64,000 nucleotides of DNA from the NCBI RefSeq assembly GCF_006345805.1, contig NC_043016.1:14694001-14758000 (forward strand). The letters are read 5' to 3'. Both the position numbers and the translations under genes were made by a program. Numbering within the stretch: the stretch's first letter is position 1; every line of letters starts with the position of its first letter. Source of the DNA: Octopus sinensis (Eukaryota). Positions 12,537 to 29,699 of the stretch are shown piece by piece. Under the pieces are notes generated by a model, which saw nothing but the letters and a program-made list of their open reading frames with translations, was not told where the DNA came from and ran no database searches.

Positions 12537-12843
12537 AGACCTTTGGTGATATGGTGTGCTCGAGAAGACTCATCAAGCCAAGTGAAATTGTAGTCGTGGC
12601 TAATGCCGGTAATTAGTAATGCCGGTCATGTAACCGGCACCTGTGCCTGTGGCACATTAAAGCACCCATGCTGGAGGAATCCAAAAAGCACCCAGTACAC
12701 TCTTGGAGTCATTGGAGTTAGAAAGGGCATCCAGCTGTAGAAACCATGCCAAACCAGACTGGAACTTGGTGGTTACCAGTTCCAGTCAAACTGTATAACC
12801 TACGCTGGCATGGAAAGCAAACATTAAATGATGATGATGATGA
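12537..12843 (+). mobile_element. Non-autonomous RTE-related element (AGGGCATCCAGCTGTAGAAAC...(GAT)n tail) nested in a MITE
   Basis: Family motif GGGCATCCAGCTGTAGAAAC plus CATGGAAA..CATTAAATGATGATGAT tail; many copies in the window. Confidence 0.75.
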
Positions 12844-13217
12844 AGCCAGATCCAGTTTCTTACACTTATCCCACAATATCATTCCAAAACTAAATTACAT
12901 TATTAAAATCTTGAAGCTATGAGAAAATACATGATTAATAGAAAACAATGTGAATAAAGAAACATTACATTTGACAGAATACTAAAGAGTTAAGGATACG
13001 TTTTAACATTTATTTTTAGAAATTAATGGAACATGATAATCCTAACTCTCACACCATCTCGAGGTATATTACTTAAGGGACCTCATCAGATCTGCATGTA
13101 TCAAGCAAGCTCTACCACATGACAGATACATTTGATAGTGACATCCATTGTTCACTCTTGCCATTAATGCACCTACCAGACTGCTCTCTCAGTCCTATCC
13201 AATAAGTGTAGAATTAA

Positions 13218-13438
13218 CCCTTTTGTTACTGTATTTATTTTGAGATGCTCTGTGTTTCTTCCAATTATTTTAAATACAACAAAGAATTTAGCAAAATAAC
13301 ATCGTTATAATTAAACTAGTGTTAGGAACATAAATTGTGACTAAAGTTTAGTGGAAGATTTTAATTCAAAACTTATGGAAACAAGACATTTATACTAAAG
13401 AGCCAGAACCGGTTTCAGCCGGGTTGGTAACAAAAGGG
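13218..13438 (+). mobile_element. TTAA-flanked piggyBac-like MITE, family A
   Basis: TTAA|CCCTTTTGTTAC...GTAACAAAAGGG|TTAA, perfect 12-bp TIRs; reverse copy at 60244-60449. Confidence 0.9.
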
Positions 13439-13742
13439 TTAAGAGAACCTTTTAATCTTGGTGAAGACATAAGAGCCTCTGTAGTGCTATGGAAAAAAAA
13501 ATGCAATCCAGTAAACTATGTAAAGAGAAATGAAGTTGAATATGAAACTTCACCATCACCACCACCAACATCACCATCATCATACCTTCACAGAAGAGCA
13601 GTGATGACCCTTCCAAATCATGTCAGCAGAAATAAAATGACAATGGGGATGATTAACAGGTATCGTTCTATCGTGAAGCATGTTAAAGGTAACTTTCTGC
13701 ATCATTACTGTCAAAAATATAATATAATTCTAATAATGATAA

Positions 13743-13895
13743 ATGGCTGTGTGGTTAGGGAGCTTGCTTCCTAGCTACATGGTTTCAGGTTCAGTCCCAC
13801 TGCATAGCAACTCAGGCAATTGTCTTCTACTATACTCGCAGGCTGACCAAAGCCTTGTGAGTGGATTTGGTAGGCGGAAGTTTCCATTGTGTGTG
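13743..13895 (+). mobile_element. SINE family A head
   Basis: GGCTGTGTGGTTAGG..GGTTCAGTCCCACTGC..TGTCTTCTACTATA..GCCTTGTGAGTGGATTTGGTAG. Confidence 0.8.
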
Positions 13896-14252
13896 TAAGT
13901 GCTCGTGCCTTCAAACTGAGAGGAGGGAAACTTTGACCCGTTACGTAACGGGTGCTTTTTGGATTCCTCCAGCATGGGTACTTTTATGTGTCACAGGCAC
14001 AGGTGCCAGTTTACATGACACCGGCATTAGCCACGACAACACATAATGGGCATTAAAATTGCATTCGATAAATTTAAAACAAGGTTGTCTGACACAACAG
14101 TTTTACAAGAACCATAATTTACTGACTACTTTCAAAGATTTGAGTCATCTTCAGGTAACAACAGCGTGCAGTCATATGTTGCAAAATATATCTTCAGAAA
14201 TTATAATTAAAAAAAACAAAAGATAAGAATTATAAAAAGAATATTTAAATAC

Positions 14253-14380
14253 CTCTTAAATACCATAATATCTTGAAACTTTGATTTCTCATGGTAAAGC
14301 ACTTCATCTACTTTAAGGCACATGCTATAACCGGACCACAGGTCACACTCTTCTCGAAACCATCCATTTTCCAATGGCAT
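14253..14380 (-). CDS. SRM: Spermidine synthase, first coding exon (ATG at 14380; exon probably starts at 14395)
   Basis: Translates [42 protein letters not shown](S), matching the SRM N-terminus WFRE...W.G....L.V...L....S.YQDI.VF.S; phase-2 gtattt donor; tacag acceptor 15 nt upstream of the ATG. Confidence 0.96.
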
Positions 14381-14559
14381 TTTTGCTGTTTAAAACTGTA
14401 ATATACAAATAGGTTTAAATCCATTGAAATAACAATAACCAAGCATTTGACTATATTCTACAAACAAGATACAAGCACTCACCCACCACCCACCACCCAC
14501 TCCATTTCTAAGTTCCTGATCTGATAAAGTCACGTCGAGCAGTCTCTCATTTCATCTCT

Positions 14560-15215
14560 ATCATCATCATCATTTAGCATCCACTTTCCATGCTGGCATG
14601 AGGTGGATGGCTTGACAGGAAATAGCAAGGCCAGGGGCTGCACCAGGTTCCATAGTCTGTTTTGGTTTGGTTTCTATGGCTGGATGCCCTTCCTAATGCC
14701 TATTTCTTTATTACCCACAAGGGGCTAAACACAGAGGGGACAAACAAAGGTATTAAGTAGATTAGATCGACCCCAGTGCGTAACTGGTACTTAATTTATC
14801 GACCCCGAAAGGATGAAAGGCAAAGTCGACCTCGGCGGAATTTGAACTCACAACGTAACGCAGATGAAATACCGCTAAGCATTTCGCCCGGCATGCTAAC
14901 GTTTCTGCCAGCTCGCCCTTCCTAATGCCAACCACTCCATAGTTTTTACTGGCTGCTTTTTACATGGCACCAGCACCCACACCAATGCTTTTCATATGGC
15001 CCCTTGGTTTTAGGATTTCAATTCTGTTGTGGTGGGTGGGTTTTCTTGAGTACAGCAATGTGCCACATATCTCAGTCCTCTTTCCTCTCTTTCATAGGAC
15101 CCAGCATTTTCAGATTGGCCTTCAATACTTTGTTCCATGTCTTCCTGGGTCTCCATCTTCCACAATTTCCCTCCACTTTAAGTGATCGGCACTTCTTTAT
15201 ACAACTGACCTCAAC
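14560..15215 (-). mobile_element. RTE 3' end / RTE-related element with (CAT)n tail, interrupted by SINE B
   Basis: (CAT)n tail at 14560, GGATGCCCTTCCTAATGCC duplicated either side of the SINE, RTE C-terminal remnant at 15080-15215. Confidence 0.7.
14701..14917 (-). mobile_element. SINE family B, full-length and young
   Basis: Complete head to tail; flanked by the direct repeat CCTTCCTAATGCC (target-site duplication); CpGs retained. Confidence 0.92.
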
Positions 15216-15984
15216 ATAATTAGATTTCATGAGTAAGATTTATGCAATAAAAACCTATTCATTAATTAACTTCTGTAATGATTATGTTTGTCTGTCAGAG
15301 CAACAAGAACCATTTAGTCATCATTGAGGATGATTAATGACTTACAGGGTGGCTTTATTTAGAGTGAAGAAGGATTGTGCACTGTCAGCCTCAATCTTTC
15401 ATCAGTGACCATCTTCAAACTTTCAATCCAAAGGCAAAACTAGGTTGAGATGACTGGGAATGGAAACGGATACAGCAGAAACCACACCTTGCTCTCTGCA
15501 CCCCACAATGCCCTGTTGCATCCACCTTCTTCTCCGTTAAACCATGAAGGTCTCTTTCACAGAAACTGCCACATCCAAGCTTCATGCACATAAATAAACA
15601 AACCCTAATATGCTATTTTACCCATAATTGGGACCTTGACAGGTGCCACTACTCCAAGTCAAAGCAGACCAGGAAACAATAGTGTCTAAGAGACGGTTCC
15701 ACACTCCTCAGGAAACTGAAATTCCTGCACCAGGGCCATACTACAAGATGTGACTTAAAGTCATACCCAGGTCAATTTATAATAATGTACATCAACCAAA
15801 GGACTTATTCTTCCTCTCATCCCCCATACTGTGTCTCACTTGCTCAACACTCTGCAACAACTTTTCATATGACCCCTTGGTTTTAGGATCTCAATTCTGT
15901 TGTGGTGGGTGGGTCTTCTTGAGTACAGCAATGTGCAACATATCTCAGTCCTCTTTTCCCTCTTTAATAAGGCCCAGAGACACT

Positions 15985-16732
15985 TGTGCATTGTCTGTTA
16001 TTGATTTTTGTCAACTATACAGTATGGTAGGGTCAGTCTATGAGAAAAACAGCACCATGATGCAATTCACTCTGCCAGAAATTTGGAAATGACATAGCAA
16101 TATTGCTTGGCATTCGCGCCAGAAGCTCCAATGTGAACATTCAGAGTGTTTGGGTGTCAATCTGAGGACATGTACCGAGAGTGATAAAAATCAAACATCC
16201 AGTCAACCTCAGACTCAACACGGAGGCCTACATCAAGTGCCTGGAGGAAGTAGTGCTGCCCTGAGTCAAGAGGATGGGTGCTGGAAGACCCTATGTCTGG
16301 CATCAGGACTCTGCACCATGCCACACAAGCAGGAGAACCCAGTCATGGCTGTCAGACAATTTCTGCAACCATATCACCCCTAACATCTGGCCACCTAACT
16401 CCCCAGATTGCAACCTCTTTGATTATTATGTGTGGGGTGCAGTTGAGCGAGAGACCAACAAAACTCTTTGTAACATCAAAGATGAACTGAAGGCAAGGAT
16501 TATGGCAGCATTCACCATCTTAAACAAGGAGACCATCCAGAAGACTTGCAGGAGATTCCAAAGTCGTCTGGAAGCCATGGTTGAAGCCCATGCTGATTTC
16601 ATTGAATAAATTTACTCTTTAGTATTTCAAGATATTTTTATGTAATTTTGGTAAATATATCTGTTAAAATGAGATGCCAGTGTTATTTTCCTTTATGTGT
16701 AATTTAGATGACAATTTATTCACTGCACCCAG
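15985..16732 (+). mobile_element. DD37D (maT/mori-type) Tc1/mariner, internally deleted
   Basis: YVWHQDSAPCH...WPPNSPDCNLFDYYVWGAVE with 37 residues between the two D; right TIR ACAATTTATTCACTGCACCCAG|TA. Confidence 0.9.
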
Positions 16733-16829
16733 TAGATATATATATATAAAATGTACTGATTTGTGAACAAAATTCAACAAAAAAAGTATATATATACAGT
16801 TGGCTGCTTTCTTGTATGAGCTAGAAAGA

Positions 16830-17030
16830 ATCATTGATAACACAATGTGAAGCCCTTGTATGAATCTTGAACCCTGCCAAAGATTTGCACATTCTATTGC
16901 ATAATGTGCTGGCTGTCAGAGGAAACAGGTTCTACAGTATGAATTCTTCTGACATGTCTTTTTAATCTTCCAGCTGAAAGGCACATCTTTCCACAGGTTG
17001 CACATGTTCTGTTGTCAACAATAGCTGTAT
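16830..17030 (-). mobile_element. LINE (RTE-like) C-terminal C2H2 zinc-finger remnant
   Basis: Minus frame LCNRMCKSLAGFKIHTRASH resembles the C..CNR.C.S..GL..H.R end of RTE ORFs. Confidence 0.5.
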
Positions 17031-17044
17031 CATAAATTATGAAT

Positions 17045-17412
17045 CATCGTCGTTTAACATCTGTGTTTTCCATGCTGGCATGGGTTGGACGGTTTGACTG
17101 AGGACTGGCAAGCCAGAAGGCTGCACCAGGCTCCAATCTGATCTGGTAAGCATTCTACAGCTGGATGCCTTTCCTAACACCAACCACTATGAGTATATAG
17201 TGGGTGCTTTTTACATGCCACTGGCACGAAGGCCAGTCAGGCAATACAGGCCTCGGCCACACTTGAATGGTGCTTTTCACATGCCACTGGCATGAGAGCC
17301 AATCAAGCGACACAGGCAATGACCAAGCACAAATGCTGCTTTTTACATGCCACTGTCACGGGACCAGTCAGCCAGCACTGGCAACGACCACACTCGAATG
17401 GTGCTTTTTACA
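17045..17412 (-). mobile_element. Non-autonomous RTE-related element with internal tandem subrepeats
   Basis: (CAT)n tail, CCATGCTGGCATGGGTTGGACGGTTTGAC, CTACAGCTGGATGCC, and repeated GGTGCTTTTTACATGCCACTGGCAC units. Confidence 0.75.
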
Positions 17413-17650
17413 TGTCCTTTCTCTCTCTATACATATATATACTTTATTTAAAGCAGCAGAAAATTCAACAAAACCTGTTACTCTGAGTTTCCCGTTGCCA
17501 TTCATCGGACAGTTTTTGCAAAGCTTCGAATTCTGTCCCCTCACTCTCGCACTGCTTTGTTGTTTTACTCTTTTTACCAGCACAACCAACGAGACACACA
17601 TTGCACTCTATTATACGTAAGATTATTTGAGTGACAGCAGAAGACATGTA

Positions 17651-18024
17651 CTCTTTTACTTGTTTCAGTCATTTGACTGTGGCCATGCTGGAGCACTGCC
17701 TTTAGTCAAGCAAACTGACTCCAGGACTTATTCTTTGTAAACCTAGTACTTATTCTATCGGTCTCTTTTGCTAAACTGCTAAGTTATGGGGACGTAAACA
17801 CACCAGCATCGGTTGACAAGTGATGTTGGGGGGACAAACACAGACACGCACACACACACATACATACGACGGGCTTCTTTCAGTTTCTGTCTACCAAATC
17901 CACTCACAAGGCTTTGGTTGGCCCGAGGCTATAGTAGAAGACACTTGCCCAAGGTGTCACGCAATGGGACTGAACCCGGAACCATGTGGTTCGTAAGCAA
18001 GCTACTTACTACACAGCCACGCCT
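17651..18024 (-). mobile_element. SINE family A, full-length
   Basis: Reverse complement of the 20118-20516 copy, including the tail. Confidence 0.9.
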
Positions 18025-18479
18025 ATGTAATAGGAGATCCTTTATTTAAAAAAAAAACTTGTGAGAGTTGGGTGACAGGAAGAGTAACCAGCTGTAAGAT
18101 GTCTCCAAATATACATTCATTTAACTCAAGCTAACATGGAAAAAAACAAATGGAACACAAGGAGAAAATGTAAACATACACACACACACAGATAACTTTG
18201 GTTTCTAATGGACTGAGATTTCTGGAACTACAATTTATTTCAAGTGTTTTTCTATTGTATAATAGACCCGTTACTGTCTTCACCAGAGTTCTTTCTCTGA
18301 AGTAAACGAATCACTGGGAAAAAAGGCAACAGTTCTAATAAAATGTAAATCACTTTTTTTTTTACTTTGATACCATTTTACATTAAACACTTGTTTAACG
18401 AGTAATTTCATTCATGTTTAGCCATAAAAATAAAAGAAAATAAGAATTGATAAGATTCTTCACTGATGCATGGAATTAT

Positions 18480-19290
18480 CACTTAAAAATTTTGATACGA
18501 CACATACGGGGCAAAAACAGTATGGCTATTGATGCTCTTATAAAGTTCTCCCTTCAAAGGGTCAGAGTTATCATCTGGAATTACAGATTTATATAAGCTT
18601 TTGTGTCATCCTGAAATGATTTGATAATGGTACCATGTCAGATATATATTATACTGAACATGCATACGCATGCACACGCAAGGTCCAGAAAGTGATGCCA
18701 GTTAACTTGGTAGAGATTAGATTTAAGCCAGAAATTTGGCTGTAAAATAGCAATGAAATTTTATTTGGGAACAAAGAACAAAACCTAAGCACACACAGCT
18801 GGATTATGAACCAATTCCCACAATGCAAAACAGTTCGTTTTATTTTTTTTATTTTCAATTTTCATTGTCACAATACAAACATTCCATACGATGTCATTTG
18901 TCTCATTCAGCTCGTTAACTGCTAATGACTACAGTTCTCTTGTCATGTAACAGCACTAACTATTACTATACACAATTTCACAATAAACTTTTAATTTTAA
19001 AGGAAAAATTACTGCACTTTCATTTCACTGCCCAGGTTTACTTGGCCATTGCTGAACATTATTTTACATTCATTTCATTATGCAAATCTCTGCCAAGTTC
19101 TGTATCATATAGCGAAAGATTCTCCAGATTTTTGTTACTCTGAGCCTTTTCCAATGAATGCAAAAGGTGTTGTAAAGTATTGTTGACCATTTGCAGTGTG
19201 CTGAGAAGTCTATGTGTTGTCTCTGAAATTGATATTTTATCACATTTCAAATATTTTAATAATTGATGCCTTCTTGCTGTAAACATTTAA
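18480..19290 (-). mobile_element. Highly degenerate piggyBac-like transposase relic
   Basis: Minus-strand fragments FTARRHQLLKYLKC (cf. SRNRFQLLL.FLHF), ELGRDLHNE (cf. PG.DL..DE), QWPSKPGQ (cf. YMPSKP.K.G) and a terminal YCFCPVCV Cys cluster, in the expected order. Confidence 0.4.
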
Positions 19291-20117
19291 TCAGACTGTA
19301 CTGGAATGGGTCGGACGATCTAACAAGATCTGACAGGTTGGAGGATTAGATCCTGCTCCACCATGGTTTCTACGGTTGGAATCCCTTCCCAGCACCATCC
19401 AATTTTCATGTGCTGCATTCATGCCATTGGCACTAGTGAGGTTGCCATGCAGCTTGCTTGGAGAACCCAAGGGGAGGTGCTTTATGAGAGGTGGGGCAGA
19501 GTAGGTCCTTGTTGTAGGAGAGCTACGTGGTTACTCACATATGTGAGAGAGAGAGAGAAATGAATCAGTTATTGCTGCAGAGACAAAATGGTGCTGATGA
19601 AGTGTCTCAGGAGCTAAAACCTATTTAACCCTTATTTTGAGCTTCAAAACATTTGAATATTTATACTTTAAGCCTTCAACATTCAGATTATTCTGTCAAA
19701 TGTAATACCTGTTTATTCATATTGCTTAGAAATTAATCATACATTATGTCATAGCTTTGAAATGTTGATTATGTGGTTGTAGATTTGTAGAATGGCATTG
19801 TAGGGGAAGAGTGAGAGGTCAGATCCGGCTGGTTTGAGCATAAAACAGGTAGAATATTTGAGCCAGGTGTGACCAGTTTAAAATGCTAAAGTGTTAGAAA
19901 TAGTGGATTATATTCATCTTTGAATTTTGTTTTTTAATGCCACAATTTGGGAGACGTTAGGATGTTTCTACAATAGTCTGAGGCTTTTTTTATGTATCTT
20001 TTGGAGCTGATAATTCTTGTTGTTGTTTTATCCTGTTCTCAGTTTATTTACAATTTCCAACTCATAAATCATTCCGAGTTACAGCAAAGACAATTTTCAC
20101 CTGAAATGCCAACAACA

Positions 20118-20516
20118 GGCGCAGGAGTGGCTGTGTGGTAAGTAGCTTGCTTATGAACTACATGGTTCCGGATTCAGTCCCACTGCGTGGCATCTTGGGC
20201 AAATGTCTTCTACTATAGCCCCAGGCCGACCAAAGACTTGTGAGTGGATTTGGTAGACGGAAACTGAAAGAAGCCTGTCGTATATATGTATATATATGTA
20301 TATGTGTGTGTGTGTGTGTGTGTACGTGTTTGTCCCCCTAGCATTGCTTGACAACCGATGCTGGTGTGTTTACGTCCCCGTAACTTAGTGGTTCGGCAAA
20401 AGAGACCGATAGAATAAGTACTGGGCTTACAAAAGAATAAGTCCCGGGGTCGATTTGGTCGACTAAAGGCAGTGCTCCAGCATGGCCGCAGTTAAATGAC
20501 TGAAACAAGTAAAAGT
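20118..20516 (+). mobile_element. SINE family A, full-length reference copy
   Basis: tRNA-like head with A box (TGGCTGTGTGG) and B-box-like GATTCAGTCCC, internal (TA/TG)n, 3' tail CCAGCATGGCCGCAGTTAAATGACTGAAACAAG. Confidence 0.92.
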
Positions 20517-20769
20517 AATTAAAGACAGAATTATCAACATCGCAGCCTTAATAGCACGATTACAGATAATAATTTTCTCTTTCAGCAGCAGAGGAATGGC
20601 TGTGTGGTTAGAAGTCTGCTTCCCTACCACATGGTTCTGAGTTCAGTCCTACTGCACAGCACATTGGGCACTTGCTTTCTACTATAGCTTTGGGCTAACC
20701 AAAGCCTTGTGGGTGGATTTAGTAGAATCCAAAAGAAGCCTCGTGTGTGTGTGTATGTATACACACATA

Positions 20770-21345
20770 GACATGCTGATGACCTTGTTCTTACTGCAAA
20801 ATCTGTAGTAGAATTGGAGAAGAAATTCCAGGTATGGAAAGAAAACCTGGAATAAACGGGCCTTAAAGTTAACCTAAGAAAAAAGCTGTTAGCAAGAACG
20901 TAGATAAGACTTTTTCCTTCAGGTAAATGGCCATGCTCAGTATGTAGGAAATGAGTTGGAAGTAATTCCATTCATTGCACACAAAAGGTGCAGTGGAATC
21001 ACAGGTAGATTAACAGATAAAACTGTCTTTGAATGTGGCAGATGTGCAGGAAAAATAAGCACTAAGGACATACATGACTTAATCTCTCTCAAATGCTCAG
21101 GAAGATCTTTTGAAGTAGTAGATAGTTTCTGTTACCTAAGTGACCAAATTAGCAATGGTGGAGGAAGTTCAAAAAGCTATTACCTCTACTAGCAACAAAA
21201 AGGACTCTCTTAGGAAGAGAGTAAAAGGCAGATTCTACGATGCTTGTGTACAACTATACTCCATAGTAGAAAGACAGGAGCTCTGAATGCAGAGGACATG
21301 CATAGACTAGAGAGAAATTATGCTAGTTATACTCTGTGGATGTGC
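20770..21345 (+). mobile_element. RTE-clade LINE RT fragment with Cys-rich insertion
   Basis: HADDLVL..ELEKKFQVWKENLE*TGLKVNL..GKWPCSVCRK*VGSNSI..HKRCSGITGRL..FECGRC..FEVVDSFCYLSDQISNGGG. Confidence 0.85.
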
Positions 21346-22249
21346 AACAGAATATAACCCACTTGTAATAAAAATAAAAAATTTCACACACTCTAACTCA
21401 ACAAACCATCCCTATGCTTATGCTTACCTCTCACTCCCTAATCCCGTCCTCACTGCCCTGCTCACTCTATCATTGCTTTCCTGTTGTTGTCCCCCTCCCC
21501 TCTATATACCCATGTTTCAGGAGTCACTGCATTCCCCACTACCACACTGTGCATTCATGTGAATCACTTCTCCCTACTGACGCACCCTTGGCAATTACTC
21601 TGATCTCCATACCTTGAGGATATGCCCTGGCACTTCACCACCCTCTTGCTCTCTTCTACCCCCACTCTCCTTGATCACTTGCTCTCTCTCCCTCTGACTG
21701 GATAACCATGTATCTCCTCTACAGCAACACACATTCTAAGCTCTCATTACCTGGTACAAGACCACCTCTTCAAATGCCAACACCTCTCAACAGATCTTGG
21801 TGACCCCCACCAGTGCTGGTGCATCCGGTCCACTCTGTAAAGTAGTTGGTGTTTGGAAGGGCATCCAGCTGTAGAAACCATGCCTTAATAAACCTTGCCA
21901 GTGCTGGTGTCACGTAAAAAGCACTCATTCCACTTTGTAAGGTGGTTGCTGTTGGAAAGGGCCATAAAAACCCTGCCAAAACAGTGAAGCCTGGTGCAGT
22001 CTTCTGCCTAGCCAGCCCGTCAAACCATCCAAACCATGGAAAACGGGCGTTAAATGATGATGATTTGTGAGCGCGCGCATCTGTGCTTGTCCGCTTGACT
22101 ACCAGTGTTGGTAAGTTGTTTATGTCTCTGTAACTTAGCAGTTCGGAGAAAGAGACGGACAGTATAAGTGCCATGCTTAAAAAACAAGTACTAGGGTCGA
22201 ATCGTTCGACTGAAATGATTCAAGAACGTGCCCCAGCATAATGACTGAA

Positions 22250-27330
<5,081 letters not shown>

Positions 27331-27832
27331 TAACCCTTTTACATATACATATATTCACACAGAGTTGAAATGCGGTTTGGTTTATTTTTTCAGCGTACAA
27401 TTTTCATCATCCCACTACCAAGTATGATATCACCCCTTCCTTCCTTATTCATGTATCACCCCTTCCTTTCTCATTCATAAACACAAGAGTATTATTATAG
27501 TAGATTATCTCGGTAACCATGGGAGCTATGAAAAAAATATGACATTACCCCTTCCTTCCTTATTCATCTACCACCCTCTTCCTTTCTCATTCATAAACAC
27601 AAGATTATTATTATGGTAGATTATCTCGGTAACTAGTGGTTGGCATTAGGAAGGGCATCCAGCTGTAGAAACTTTGTCAGATGAGATTGGAGCCTGGTGC
27701 AGCCTTCTGGCTTTCTAGCCCTCAGTCAAACCGTCCAACCCATGCCAGGATGGAAAGCAGACGTTAAACGATGATAATGACGAACCTGGAACCATGTGTT
27801 TGGGAAGCAAGCTTCTTACCATTCCACTCCTT

Positions 27833-27992
27833 GTATCTTGGTTGGTCAGTTATTTTTAGTGTTTTGACAAAAAATGTCATTCTAAAATTATTTTTTAATG
27901 CAAGCATGCTCAAACAAGACAAATACTTACACAGAGCAGGTTTTACAACCACATCATCCAAACCACCTGGGTGAAACTGAGCTTAGCTGCTA

Positions 27993-27993
<1 letters not shown>
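27833..27993 (+). mobile_element. 3' part of the same Helitron-like family, opposite orientation
   Basis: Inverted match to 27097-27235; ends GGTGAAACTGAGCTTAGCTGCTAG|T. Confidence 0.65.
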
Positions 27994-28088
<95 letters not shown>

Positions 28089-28089
28089 A

Positions 28090-29095
28090 ATCATTATCAT
28101 CATCATCATTAAACACTTGTTGTCCATGCTGGTATGGGTTGGATGGTGTGACCATAGCTGTTAAGCTGAGGGGCTGCTCCAGACTCCTATCTGATGTGGC
28201 ATGGCTTCTACAGCTGGATGCCCTTCCTAACACTTTACAGAGTGTGCTGGGTGATTATACGTGGCACCGCACAGGCTCTTTTAAATGGCGCCACACAGGT
28301 TCTTTTGCATGGTGCTACGCAGGTGCTTTTATGAGGCACCACCATTAATGCTTTATACCACCTGAAGGATCAGTCTTAACATTTCTGCTGTGAGGTATGG
28401 CAAGGTGCCAGACATTTCGGTCCTTTGTCATCTCACCCGAAAGGTTCAGCATCCTGAGGTCATTCTTCAGTACTTCATCCCATATCTTCCTGAATCTCCC
28501 ACTTCCCCTTGTTCCATCTTTTAGAGATTGGCATTTCTTTATGAACCTGTCAGCATCCATCCGCATCGCATAACCAAACCAACACATTCTTCTCTCATGC
28601 ACACAGCATCTAATTCCTCTTAATCCTAACTTCTCTCTCAAAATACGAGCACTCTGTCAAACATGTACACTTACATTACACATCCATCAGAGCATACTAG
28701 CCTCATTCCTTTCTAACCTTTGCTTCTCCTCTGCATCCAGGGCCCACGTCTCACTAACCATGTAGAATTGCTGTCTGTATAAATACATCATACAATCCTC
28801 CTTTCACTCAGAGAAACTTTTCGTGGCCAACAGAGGTAACAGCTCTTTGAATTTCCTCCATCCTATTCTTATTCTAGCTATTACACTTTCTGTGCATCCT
28901 CCCCCACTACTAATTTGTTTCCCTGGATTACAGAAATTATCTACTACTTCTGATGAGCCACCAAAGCTTTTGAGAGAATTAATTTCCTGAGTCTCTAAAG
29001 TTTTTATGGATTCTTGCATCTTCCACATTTGAAAACTATCTTCTGATAACCCTCCAATTAACCCACAGCACCTCTTGTGTCCATTGCTTATACTG
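28090..29095 (-). mobile_element. RTE-clade LINE 3' portion with tail
   Basis: HKRCCGLIGGL..EVVDNFCNPGKQISSGGGCTESVIARIRIGWRKFKELLPLL; LREKLGLRGIRCCVHERRMCWFGYAMRM..RGSGRFRKIWDEV; (CAT)n tail at 28090. Confidence 0.9.
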
Positions 29096-29096
29096 G

Positions 29097-29335
29097 GCAC
29101 GAGTGTTAGAGAGGTGGAGTTTGAAAAGGTGCTCAGAGTTATTGTTTGTAAGATGGTTAATAATTTTATGGGTGTCTGCCAAGTCAGCTGCCAGATGTCG
29201 GAGTTTCAATGTATCCATGCCCAGGGAAGTATTCAGAATATGGCAAATGCCTGATGGAGGGTATTCTCTTGGTTACACGTCGCTGAACGGTTTCCAGACA
29301 ATTAATATCCTGGGCAAGATAGGGGATCACTGTAC
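29097..29335 (-). mobile_element. CR1-clade LINE C-terminal fragment
   Basis: RIPSIRHLPYSE..LGMDTLKLRHLAADLADTHKIINHL..LFKLHLSNTR; same family as 43690-44275. Confidence 0.85.
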
Positions 29336-29504
29336 TTTCCTTTACAGAATTTGTAGAAGTTTAAGCAAAACATAAATAACACCACCTTCCCCTTCACTTT
29401 GAAGTGAATGACTGCGACTCAAGCTAACAAGAGAGCTTCTATATGGTTATTTGACCTGCTGAAAATAGCAGTCGAACTTCGTTCAGATCGTACATCATCA
29501 TTAA

Positions 29505-29699
29505 CCCTTTAGCATTCAGATTATTCGTATTGTTTTGAATTAATCTTGCATTAATTTGTAGCTTTGAAGTTTTAAAGATGTGATTGTTTAGTTTTAGAGT
29601 GACATTAAATGGCAGGTGTGAGAGGCCTGATCTGGCCAGTCTGAACATAAAATGGGTAGAAAACTTGGGCTGGATATTGCCAATTTAAATGCAAAGTTG
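29505..29699 (+). mobile_element. piggyBac-like MITE, family B
   Basis: TTAA|CCCTTTAGCATTCAGATT start; body shared with the other family B copies. Confidence 0.8.
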
